From assembly GCA_963779755.1 (NCBI GenBank), contig CAVZZO010000001.1:32001-96000 (forward strand): a stretch of DNA of 64,000 bases, given 5' to 3'. The position numbers were made by a program, and so were the translations under genes. Shown piece by piece: positions 17,717 to 26,295 of the stretch. Under the pieces are notes generated by a model. The model made no database searches, was not told where the DNA came from, and was given only the letters and a program-made list of their open reading frames with translations. Source of the stretch: an uncultured Gemmatimonadales bacterium. Lineage in GTDB: Bacteria > Gemmatimonadota > Gemmatimonadetes > Gemmatimonadales > GWC2-71-9. The number at the start of each line of letters is the position of its first letter. Position 1 is the first letter of the stretch.

Positions 17717-19501
17717 TCAAATCGGCGTGACCAGCTCCTGCCTTACTTCGTCTGCCCCGGCGATCTCCCGCTCGATCCGCTCGCCGATGGAACGCACCGC
17801 TTCGAGATCACGGGTGAGGTCGCCGGGAGAGGCCTGGCCGGCCTGCAGCCGCAGCAGGTCGATCCGGAGCGTCTCCAGCGCGGTAACCGCGGCGGCCTCG
17901 CGTTTCGGCTCGCCCCGGGCTCGCGCCTCCATCGCGTCGGCTTGCAGGCGCGCCAGCACCGGCGGCAGATCGAGCAGCTTGCGGCGATGTTCCTCGGGCA
18001 GTCGCTCGAACACCGTTTCCGCCGCCTCCCCGATGGCCAGCACCGTCGGCTCGCCGCCCGCACCGATGGCCAAGGGCCGGCCTATGCCGATCCCGGCCAC
18101 TCGGAAGACCCACCGGCCCAGCCGGCCGGCCACCATCCTGTTCCAGAAAGAGCGACCCCGGCGGAAGTGCATCCAGAGCCACCGGACCGTGGTGGTCGGG
18201 ATAATGACCGCTCCTACCGCGCCCGTGACCGCCAGCCAGCCGGGTACGTCGCTGGCCGCCAGCCAGAGGGCGGCAGCCGTCTTGGCCGCGCCCAGTCCGG
18301 CGCCCACGAGCAGTTCGCGCCGCTCCACGCGGCGGGCGGCCGGATCGGGGCTGGCTTCTTCCTCCTGCTGGCGGGCGTCGCGGAGCAGAGCCGGCCGTAC
18401 GCTGCGATACCCGAACCCCTCGCGCCGCAGTTCCCGGGCCTTGAGCATCATCTGCCCGAAGCGCACCACGCCCAGAGCCGTCATGCACCCGGCGGCGGTA
18501 ACGAAGACATAGCTGGCGATGAAGTCGTTGAACCCGAAGGCCACCCCCCAGACGCCGATGGAGCTCGCCGCCGCGGTCAGGGCCGTGGCGATTTCGTTGC
18601 CCGCGCCGTCGGCCTCTCGAACGAAAGCGCGCACCGGCGCGGGCAACTGGGCCGCGCCACCCTGCGCGGCGCGGATCTCTTCGGCCAGCGCGTCGGCTGA
18701 GGCATACCGGGCGGCCGGGTCCTTGGCCAGGCAGCGGTCAATCGCCCGGGCAAAACGCGGGGGGAGCCGCGGGCTCTGCTCCCCCAGCGGCGGGGCCGGT
18801 TGTACCATGTGCCGCGCCAGCATCCCCCCGACGCTGTCGGAATGGAGGGGAAGTCGTCCGGTGGCGGCATAGAAGGCCGTCACACCCAGCGAGTAGAGAT
18901 CGCTGCGCCCGTCCAGCGGCTCGCCCGCCGCCTGTTCGGGACTCATGTACTGGGGGGTACCCATGACCCGCCCGGTAGGGGCGCCGCCGGCCACCTCCTG
19001 CCAGGCAATGCCAAAGTCGGTCACCATGGCGCGGCCGGTCGCGCTGTCGAGCAGGATGTTGTCGGGCTTCACATCGCGGTGCACCACGCCGCTGGCGTGG
19101 GCATGGCCCAGCGCCCAGGCGGTCTCCTGCACGATCCGCATCAGGTCGCCCGCCGGGAGCGGGCCACCCCGGCGCACCCGCTGTCCCAGCGTCTCGCCGT
19201 CCACCAGCCCCATGACGAAAAAAACCAGCTCTCCCTGCTCCTCCACCGCGTGGATCGGCACGATGTTGGGGTGGGAGAGCCGCGCCGCCGTCCGGGCCTC
19301 GCGCAGGAACCGCTGTCGCAGCTCGGCCTGCTCCGCCAGCACCGGCGGGAGCAGTTTGATCGCCACCAGGCGGTCGAGCGCCACATCCCGGGCCAGGAAG
19401 ACTATGCCCATCCCTCCGCGCCCCAGCTCGCGCTCCAGCGAGTAGCGGCCGGCCACGGCCCGTTGCAAGGCCAGGAATTCGGGCGTCAGCGGTGCGTGCA
19501 T
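17717..19501 (-). CDS. Hanks-type Ser/Thr protein kinase with C-terminal membrane segments
   Basis: LGRGGMG, VAIK, HRDVKPDN, DFG, GTPQYMSPE, DLYSLG; start set at MHAPLT. Confidence 0.95.
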   Translation of the reverse strand: MHAPLTPEFLALQRAVAGRYSLERELGRGGMGIVFLARDVALDRLVAIKLLPPVLAEQAELRQRFLREARTAARLSHPNIVPIHAVEEQGELVFFVMGLVDGETLGQRVRRGGPLPAGDLMRIVQETAWALGHAHASGVVHRDVKPDNILLDSATGRAMVTDFGIAWQEVAGGAPTGRVMGTPQYMSPEQAAGEPLDGRSDLYSLGVTAFYAATGRLPLHSDSVGGMLARHMVQPAPPLGEQSPRLPPRFARAIDRCLAKDPAARYASADALAEEIRAAQGGAAQLPAPVRAFVREADGAGNEIATALTAAASSIGVWGVAFGFNDFIASYVFVTAAGCMTALGVVRFGQMMLKARELRREGFGYRSVRPALLRDARQQEEEASPDPAARRVERRELLVGAGLGAAKTAAALWLAASDVPGWLAVTGAVGAVIIPTTTVRWLWMHFRRGRSFWNRMVAGRLGRWVFRVAGIGIGRPLAIGAGGEPTVLAIGEAAETVFERLPEEHRRKLLDLPPVLARLQADAMEARARGEPKREAAAVTALETLRIDLLRLQAGQASPGDLTRDLEAVRSIGERIEREIAGADEVRQELVTPI

Positions 19502-19705
19502 GGCTCTACATTGAAGACTAGGCCCGCCGGGGACAAGTCGCCGCCCGCGGGCCGGCTGGTGCAGCCTACGCATCCAGACGATCAGCGGTTTCCCTTTGTT
19601 CCGCTCTCGCAGGTTTGGAAGGAGCGGCCCCCAGCCGGCCCGCACCGCGGCCGGGGCAACCGGGCTGGCGCTGGGCGCGCGGGTGGAGATCGAGTGCGTA
19701 GCAGC

Positions 19706-19782
19706 ACGGTGAGCGAGAAGCGGGTACCCGTCTGTCCCGCTTACTGCTCACCGCTCACCGCTTACCGCTCACCGCTCACCGC
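19706..19782. repeat. Heptamer array (CCGCTYA-type) x6 with a short G-rich inverted arm
   Basis: 19737-19778 CCGCTTA CTGCTCA CCGCTCA CCGCTTA CCGCTCA CCGCTCA; contains the M28 gene stop. Confidence 0.9.
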
Positions 19783-21155
19783 GGCAGCACCTCCGGCATG
19801 TCCGCCACCACATACGCTATCACCGCCATGGTGGCGACACAGCGCGCTACGTCCTGGGGATCGAGTTTGTCCATCGTATCGCCCTGGCTGTGGTGGAACC
19901 AGAAGTAGCGTGTGCCGTCCACCCGCAGTCCCAGCCCGGGGACGCCTTGCTCCATGAGTGGCCCGATATCGGCCTCGCCGCCGCCCCGGGCGATGGAGTC
20001 GGAACCCACCGGCCGGAGCAGGGTGGCGATGCTGCGCAGGATAGCCAGGGTGGAGTCGTTGCCGCCGCCCAGCCCGAAGCCGATCGGGCGGAACACCCCA
20101 CCGTCGGATTCCATGGCCAGCACGTGCTGCTCGGAGGCATGGGCGTCGCGGTAGGCCTCGCCGCCGCGGCCGCCGTTCTCTTCGTTCACCCAGCCGACCA
20201 CCCGGATGGTGCGCCGCGGCCGGAGGCCCAGGGCTTTCATGATCCGCACCGCCTCCCAGGCCGCAACGACCCCGCCGCCGTCATCCATGGCGCCCTGGCC
20301 CACGTCCCACGAATCGATATGGCCGCCCAGGACCACCACCTGCTCCGGATGCTCACTCCCGGTGATCTCGGCCAGCACGTTCCGGGAATGGGCATCCGGG
20401 AGCTGGTGCGCCTGCATCCGGAGCCGCACCACCACCGGCTGCCCCCGGTCCTGCATCCGGTGCAGCATCATGGCATCTTCTACCGACAGCGCGGCCGCGG
20501 GGATCCTGGGGGCGCTGTCGTCGTAGTCCAGGGTGCCGGTGTGCGGGCTGCGGATCGAGTAGGAGGCGATCGAACGGATCAGGCAACCGACCGCCCCCGC
20601 CTTGGCGGCGGCGCTGGGCCCGCGGACCCGATACTGCACCGTCCGTCCGTAGGTCACGAAGGGCGCGTCGAAGAGGACGATCTTTCCCTTCGCCTCCGCC
20701 GCACGCCGGTTCAATTCGGCAAAGTCCGAGACCACCAGCACCGGCGCCGTGATTCCGCTGTCGGGCGTGCCCACGCTCATGCCCAGGCCGAGCATGGGCA
20801 GGTTCATGCGGCGCGGCTGGATCAGCTCGGCCGACTCCTCCCCGCGGACCCAGTGCGGAACCATGACCGGCTCGCCCCGGACACGCTCCAGGCCGTCCTG
20901 CTTCATCTGCCCCAGCATCCAGTCGATCGCCTGCTCCAGGCTGGGCGACCCGCTGAGCCGGTGGCCGTACGTATCCACCATCAGGGCCAGCCGCTGCCAC
21001 GCCGCGCTGTCCCGGGTAGCCGAGGCGATGATCCGCTCGGCCACCGGCCGGTAGCGGGCGATCAGCGCCGAATCGGTCCGGGATTGGGCGCTCAGAGATC
21101 CAGCGGCCAGAGAGGCACAAACGGCGTAACTCGCAACACGGAGCACTCGGTGCAT
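19776..21155 (-). CDS. Secreted M28 metallopeptidase (carboxypeptidase Q-like, PA domain)
   Basis: GGHIDSWDVGQGAMDDGGG, NEENG, MESDGG, YFWFHHSQGDT. Confidence 0.93.
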   Translation of the reverse strand: MHRVLRVASYAVCASLAAGSLSAQSRTDSALIARYRPVAERIIASATRDSAAWQRLALMVDTYGHRLSGSPSLEQAIDWMLGQMKQDGLERVRGEPVMVPHWVRGEESAELIQPRRMNLPMLGLGMSVGTPDSGITAPVLVVSDFAELNRRAAEAKGKIVLFDAPFVTYGRTVQYRVRGPSAAAKAGAVGCLIRSIASYSIRSPHTGTLDYDDSAPRIPAAALSVEDAMMLHRMQDRGQPVVVRLRMQAHQLPDAHSRNVLAEITGSEHPEQVVVLGGHIDSWDVGQGAMDDGGGVVAAWEAVRIMKALGLRPRRTIRVVGWVNEENGGRGGEAYRDAHASEQHVLAMESDGGVFRPIGFGLGGGNDSTLAILRSIATLLRPVGSDSIARGGGEADIGPLMEQGVPGLGLRVDGTRYFWFHHSQGDTMDKLDPQDVARCVATMAVIAYVVADMPEVLPR

Positions 21156-21181
21156 GGCGCCTATCGCTCGTCAGGGGAATA

Positions 21182-21201
21182 ATCCGCAGATTACGCAGAT
21201 T
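21182..21201 (+). repeat. Solo copy of the 9-mer arm ATCCGCAGATTACGCAGATT
   Basis: Identical to 17434-17453. Confidence 0.8.
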
Positions 21202-21316
21202 CTGGCCGATTAGCGCTGCAATGTATGTTTGTTCTGACAGGATAGGAATGTGTCCGGGGCGTAACCGTCCGGATCTCGATCATACTGCGGATCACCTCCT
21301 CCGTCCCTCTGTGAGC

Positions 21317-22468
21317 ATGAAACGCCACTTCTTCCCTGTCGCAATACTGGTATCGCTGACCGGGTGCGGCGGCCAGTCCGCGCCCGAGCCTCCTCCCGGC
21401 GACAACAGCGTGACGCTGGCTCCCGTGGTATCCGGCGTCGCGTTTCCGGTCGATCTCACCAGCCCGCCCGGCGACACGGCCCGTCTCTTTGTGGTGCAGA
21501 AGGATGGCCGGATACGCATTGTGCGCCACGACAGCCTGCTGCCCCGGCCGTTTCTGGATCTCGGGGACAGGGTGTCGTCGGGCAGTGAACAGGGGTTGCT
21601 GGGGCTCGCCTTCCACCCCGAATACGCCACCAACGGCCGCTTCTTCGTGGACTATACCGACCGGGACGGGAACACCCATGTCGCCGAGTTCCATGCCGGT
21701 CCTGCGTCCGACGTAGCGGATTCGGCGAGCGAGGCCACCATTCTCACAGTGACCCAGCCCTACAGCAACCACAACGGCGGCCAGATCCGTTTCGGGCCCG
21801 ACGGCTATCTCTACATCGGGCTGGGCGACGGCGGCTCCGGCGGCGATCCTGAGGGCCACGGGCAGGACCGCAGCGAGCTGCTCGCCTCGATGCTCCGGCT
21901 CGACGTGGACCACGGCGCGCCCTACACTATTCCGGCGGACAATCCCTGGCCCTCCACCGTCGGGATCCGTCCCGAGTTGTGGAATTACGGGCTGCGTAAT
22001 CCCTGGCGCTTCAGCTGGGACCGTCAGACCGGCGATCTCTACATCGCCGATGTCGGCCAGAACGCTCACGAGGAAGTGGACGTGGCGCCCCACGGCAGCG
22101 GCAGTGCACAGAATTACGGCTGGAACATCATGGAGGGTCTCTCCTGCTACGGCCAGTCGTCCTGCGACCCGACCGGCCTTACGCTGCCCGTGCTGGATTA
22201 CGGCCACGACGCGGGCTGCTCCATCACCGGCGGATACGTCTATCGCGGACAGGATCTGCCGGCCCTGCAGGGTACCTACTTCTATGCCGACTACTGCGAG
22301 GGCTGGATCCGCAGCTTCGTCTACCGGGGAGGCAAGGCCCAGGATCAGCGCTCGTGGCCCGGGCTCCAGGCCTCGGGCCAGATCACCAGCTTCGGAGAGG
22401 ACGCCGGGGGGGAGCTCTATGTGCTGGTGGCGGGTGGCCAGGTCTATCGACTCTCCCCCTCGCCCTGA
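21317..22468 (+). CDS. PQQ-dependent sugar dehydrogenase family (GSDH/YliI-like beta-propeller) lipoprotein
   Basis: Lipobox LTGC; EQGLLGLAFHP, NHNGGQIRFGPDGYLYIGLGDGG, YGLRNPWRFSWD. Confidence 0.92.
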   Translation: MKRHFFPVAILVSLTGCGGQSAPEPPPGDNSVTLAPVVSGVAFPVDLTSPPGDTARLFVVQKDGRIRIVRHDSLLPRPFLDLGDRVSSGSEQGLLGLAFHPEYATNGRFFVDYTDRDGNTHVAEFHAGPASDVADSASEATILTVTQPYSNHNGGQIRFGPDGYLYIGLGDGGSGGDPEGHGQDRSELLASMLRLDVDHGAPYTIPADNPWPSTVGIRPELWNYGLRNPWRFSWDRQTGDLYIADVGQNAHEEVDVAPHGSGSAQNYGWNIMEGLSCYGQSSCDPTGLTLPVLDYGHDAGCSITGGYVYRGQDLPALQGTYFYADYCEGWIRSFVYRGGKAQDQRSWPGLQASGQITSFGEDAGGELYVLVAGGQVYRLSPSP

Positions 22469-22927
22469 TCAACCCGTCCTGTGCGAGAGCGAATAGACAT
22501 ACGCGGCCACCGCCCGGATCTGCAGCGGGGACAGCACCGCCCCGCCCATGGGCGGCATCGGCGCCGGGTACTTCTTGGGCGGCGCCACCCCGGTGCGGAC
22601 GGTATTCATGATGAACGTATAGCTGCCGTCGCCGTGCAGCCATTCGCCGTCCGTCAGGTTGGGGCAGGTCTGGGTACCCTTCGCGTCGGGGCCATGGCAG
22701 GTGAAGCAGGTGCCGCCCGCCACCTGGCCGTGAAAGACGCTGTCGCCCAGGGCGATCAGCGCCGGGGTGATGGTCGTATCCATGGTGGCGCTGGGCGGCT
22801 CTTCCGGCGGCTGGGTTTCCGCCTGGGTCGCTTCGCCGGCCGCGGGTTTCTTCTCGCTGCCGCAGCCGGCCGCCAGCGCCGCCAGGGCCAGGGTGGCCGT
22901 CAGCCTCCAGTACAACGCGCGTGTCAT
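22469..22927 (-). CDS. Monoheme cytochrome c lipoprotein
   Basis: Lipobox AAGC; CFTCH heme motif; MPPMG axial Met region. Confidence 0.92.
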   Translation of the reverse strand: MTRALYWRLTATLALAALAAGCGSEKKPAAGEATQAETQPPEEPPSATMDTTITPALIALGDSVFHGQVAGGTCFTCHGPDAKGTQTCPNLTDGEWLHGDGSYTFIMNTVRTGVAPPKKYPAPMPPMGGAVLSPLQIRAVAAYVYSLSHRTG

Positions 22928-22981
22928 CTCACCTCCGGGTGGTTGTCCCCAGAGCCAGTATAGGATTCAAGCCGGCTTCCC

Positions 22982-23938
22982 ATGAGTGAGAACCATCACA
23001 CCTGTCCCTCCGACACGCTGACCGCCGAACGCGCCGCCCGGCTGGCTCTAGCGGTGCCGCCTCTGGTGCGCTTCGGGACATCCTCCTGGAACTACCCCGG
23101 CTGGGCCGGCCTGGTCTACCACCGGAAGTATCCCAGATCGGGCGCCGCCGGCCGGATGCTCGAGGAATACGCCCGGTTTCCCCTCTTCCGGACCGTGGGC
23201 ATGGACTCGAGCTTCTATGCGCCGCCCGATCCGAAGCAGCTCACCCGCTATAACGACGCCCTGCCACCCGGCTTCCCCTGCGTCAGCAAGGTGTGGGAAC
23301 GGATCACCGTGCACACCCATTCCGGCCGGCGCGGCACCGGGCCCGCGGGCCAGCCCAACCCCGACTTCCTGAACGCCGGGCTCTTTCTCGATGAGGTGGC
23401 CACTCCCTGGCAGAAGTACTTCAGCAGCCATCAGGGGCCGTTCGTCTTCGAATTCCAGACTATCGCGAAACGCGCGGGGCTCTCGCCACAGGAGTTCGCC
23501 GACCGGCTCGACGGGTTCTTCTCCGCCCTCCCGCGGGAGCTGCCCTACGCGGTCGAGGTGCGGAACGAGGAGTTCCTGGCGCCGCCGTACTTTGCCGTGC
23601 TGCGCGAGCACGGGGTGGCGCACGTCTTCAACAGCTGGACCCGGATGCCGCCGATCGGCGACCAGCTGGCCATTCCCGAATCGATCACCGGAACCGCGAT
23701 CGTGGTGCGCGCCCTGCTGCGCCCCGGCCGTACCTATCAGCAGGCGGTGGACCGGCTCGCGCCCTACGACCGGATCCGCGAGCCGAATCAATATCTGCGC
23801 AGTGACCTGGTGCGGGTAGTGCGGCGGGCGCAGGCGCTCAGAATCCCGGCTTATGTGCTGGTGAACAACCGCACGGAGGGTTCGGCGCCGCATACCATCG
23901 CGGCCGTGGCGGAGATGCTGGAAAGCGGTGAGCAGTGA
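22982..23938 (+). CDS. DUF72 (UPF0759/YecE-like) protein
   Basis: FGTSSWNYPGW.GLVY, SSFYAPP, YAVEVRN, YVLVNN. Confidence 0.9.
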   Translation: MSENHHTCPSDTLTAERAARLALAVPPLVRFGTSSWNYPGWAGLVYHRKYPRSGAAGRMLEEYARFPLFRTVGMDSSFYAPPDPKQLTRYNDALPPGFPCVSKVWERITVHTHSGRRGTGPAGQPNPDFLNAGLFLDEVATPWQKYFSSHQGPFVFEFQTIAKRAGLSPQEFADRLDGFFSALPRELPYAVEVRNEEFLAPPYFAVLREHGVAHVFNSWTRMPPIGDQLAIPESITGTAIVVRALLRPGRTYQQAVDRLAPYDRIREPNQYLRSDLVRVVRRAQALRIPAYVLVNNRTEGSAPHTIAAVAEMLESGEQ

Positions 23939-24023
23939 GCGGAATGCCGCTCCCCGCTCACCGCTCACCGCTCACCGCTTACCGCTTACCGCTTACCGCT
24001 TACCGCTTACCGCTTACCGCTTA
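23925..24023. repeat. Heptamer array CCGCTCC (CCGCTCA)3 (CCGCTTA)7 with inverted arm GCGGTGAGCAGTGAGCGG
   Basis: Direct count; overlaps the stop codons of both convergent genes (DUF72 and ispH). Confidence 0.96.
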
Positions 24024-25231
24024 CCCACCAGTGTCTCGAGTTCGCCCCCCACTCCGGCAACCTCGCAGATCCGGGCGATCGTCTCACCGATCTTGTTGTT
24101 CGGCGTGGAGGCGCCGGCGGTGATCCCGATCGTCCGCACGCCCTCCAGCCAGCCGCTCGCATCGGTCTGCTCGCGCGACCCGACCGGCTGGTGCCGGGCG
24201 GTACCGGTGGCCGGATCGATACTGTGGGAATCTTCGATGTGCAGCGTCCGCACTCCGCGGGCGGAGGCCAGGGCGGCCAGGTGGCAGGTATTGCTCGAGT
24301 TATAGCCGCCGACCACCACCATCAGATCGGGCGGCTCACGCAGCAGCTCCTCCACGGCATCCTGCCGTTCCTGCGTGGCGGAGCAGATGGTATCGAAGCT
24401 GCGGAAATGCTGCTCCAGCGCCGCGTCGCCGTAGCGCGCCGCCATGGTGCGGCGGAATTCCTCGGCGATCGCCAGCGATTCGCTGGACAGCATGGTGGTC
24501 TGGTTGGCGAGCCCCACCCGCTGCAGGTCGCGCGCGAAGTCGAACCCCGGCGATACGGCATGGGCAAACCGGGACTGCAGCCCCGCGGGATCGCCACCCT
24601 GTTCGATAAACTCGCAGACCAGCCGGGCCTCGGCCATGTTGCGCACCACCAGATACCCGCCGCCGGGATATTTGGTCACCTGGCTCGCGGTGGCCTTGGT
24701 CTCCTCGTGGAAATACTTGCCGTGGATGATGGCGGTGAAACCCTCGCGGGCGTACCGCTCCACCCGCTTCCAGACGTTGAGCACCGACCCGCAGGTGGTG
24801 TCCACCATCACGCATCCCAGCTCACGCAACCGCGCGAAATCCTCCACCGTGATGCCGAAGGCCGGGAGGATTACTACATCGCCGGAGGTGATGCCGGAGA
24901 AATCGAACACTCCGGCATCGTCCCGCCACAGGAACTCCACGCCCATCTCCTGCAGCCGCCGGTTGACATGCGGATTGTGAATGATCTCGCCCACCAGGAA
25001 GAGCCGCTTGCCGGGGAACTTGGTCCGGGTCTCGTAGGCGTATTCGACTGCCCGGTCAACCCCGTAGCAGAAGCCGAACTCCTTGGCCAGGCGGAAGCCG
25101 AGCGGCCCCACCGCCAGCCGGTGCCCACCGGCCCGCAGCAGCTCCACCAGGCCACTGAAATAATCGGCCTGGAGCTGCCCCTTGATCTCGTCCTTGAGGC
25201 CGAATCCCTTGCGAAAGTAGGTCGCTTCCAT
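24014..25231 (-). CDS. ispH: 4-hydroxy-3-methylbut-2-enyl diphosphate reductase (long form)
   Basis: FGFCYGVDRA, IIHNP, DTTC, NQTT, DTICSATQERQ, VGGYNSSNT, ITAGASTP. Confidence 0.96.
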   Translation of the reverse strand: MEATYFRKGFGLKDEIKGQLQADYFSGLVELLRAGGHRLAVGPLGFRLAKEFGFCYGVDRAVEYAYETRTKFPGKRLFLVGEIIHNPHVNRRLQEMGVEFLWRDDAGVFDFSGITSGDVVILPAFGITVEDFARLRELGCVMVDTTCGSVLNVWKRVERYAREGFTAIIHGKYFHEETKATASQVTKYPGGGYLVVRNMAEARLVCEFIEQGGDPAGLQSRFAHAVSPGFDFARDLQRVGLANQTTMLSSESLAIAEEFRRTMAARYGDAALEQHFRSFDTICSATQERQDAVEELLREPPDLMVVVGGYNSSNTCHLAALASARGVRTLHIEDSHSIDPATGTARHQPVGSREQTDASGWLEGVRTIGITAGASTPNNKIGETIARICEVAGVGGELETLVGKR

Positions 25232-25235
25232 GTCC

Positions 25236-25781
25236 TCAACGTAATGACGTGTCGGGAGAAGCGGGGGCCGGGGCCGGACCCGGCACCGCCCCGGGGGGGC
25301 AGCCCGCGGAGTCCGCTGTCACGGCCAGGCGCCGGAACTCACCCTCCAGCTCGATCGTCCCGCCGGAAAGCTCCTGGAGCCGCGCCTCCAGATTGCCGGA
25401 GACGACGCCGTCCGCCTCCCGGATCCGGACAGACCCCGAGGTGCCGTAATAGCCATGGATCAGGTTGAGGCCGAGCAACCGGAGCGCGAGCGTGGCGCGG
25501 GGCCGCGTCAGCGAGTCCAGCGGCGGGCGAACGGGATACTCGCCGGCGGAGAGTTTCCCCTGCGGGTAGATCGCGATCGCCACGCCGGTATCGTTGCCCA
25601 GCGCGATCACTTCCATCATCCCGGGGCCCTCGCACCAGTGCGCCAGGCCGCGAGCGAGCAGCCGGGCGCGCTGGCCACTGTCGCTTCCGCGGCTCCAATG
25701 CACCAGCAGATCGCCCTCGCCGCCGCCGCGCTGGCATCCGCCCAGGGCCAGCAGTCCCAGCCCCAGCAGCCAGAGTCTCAT
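25236..25781 (-). CDS. Hypothetical lipoprotein
   Basis: MRLWLLGLGLLALGGC lipobox; ATGA overlap with the thioesterase stop. Confidence 0.75.
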   Translation of the reverse strand: MRLWLLGLGLLALGGCQRGGGEGDLLVHWSRGSDSGQRARLLARGLAHWCEGPGMMEVIALGNDTGVAIAIYPQGKLSAGEYPVRPPLDSLTRPRATLALRLLGLNLIHGYYGTSGSVRIREADGVVSGNLEARLQELSGGTIELEGEFRRLAVTADSAGCPPGAVPGPAPAPASPDTSLR

Positions 25782-26233
25782 GGCGCCACCCCGAGCTGCC
25801 GCCGGGCCTCGTCCCTTCCCAGCGCCCAGGGTTGCAGTCGCTCCACCAGCTCCGCCGGTAGCGGACGCGACCGCAGCGCGCTGCGGTCGGTGCACACCAG
25901 CACCAGGTGCCCCTCGGCGCCCAGCTTACCCGTGGGCTGGTGCAACACGTCGAAACTGATGGTGATCGACTTGGTCCCGATCCGGCTCACGTATGCGGCC
26001 ACCAGCAGCCGGTCGTCCAGCCTGACGGGATGGTGGAACTCGGTGTGTACCTGCACCCGCGGGAGGTAGATGTCATAGCGGTCGAATAAAGTTCCAAAGG
26101 GCATGCCCGCCTCGCGGAACAGCTCCATCTCGGCCAGCTCGAAGAGCCGGACATAGGAGCCATAGAAGATGATACCGGCGGCATCCACGTCCGACCAGCG
26201 AACGCGCTCTTCGACCACGAAGGGAGTGGGCAT
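25778..26233 (-). CDS. Acyl-CoA thioesterase, YbgC/FadM hot-dog family
   Basis: RVRWSDVDAAGIIFYGSYVRLFE; start set at MPTPF. Confidence 0.9.
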   Translation of the reverse strand: MPTPFVVEERVRWSDVDAAGIIFYGSYVRLFELAEMELFREAGMPFGTLFDRYDIYLPRVQVHTEFHHPVRLDDRLLVAAYVSRIGTKSITISFDVLHQPTGKLGAEGHLVLVCTDRSALRSRPLPAELVERLQPWALGRDEARRQLGVAP

Positions 26234-26295
26234 GCCCAAAGATAGGCGAATGGCAGAAAAGGACTGGGAGAAAAGGACTGAGGAGTGAGTGGGGT

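Noticed and set aside
21317..22927. PQQ-type dehydrogenase and cytochrome c as a functional electron-transfer pair
   Set aside because: The genes are convergent, not co-transcribed; adjacency alone is not evidence.
15578..24023. Tandem arrays as a possible CRISPR
   Set aside because: Units are 7-9 nt with no spacers, and there are no cas genes.
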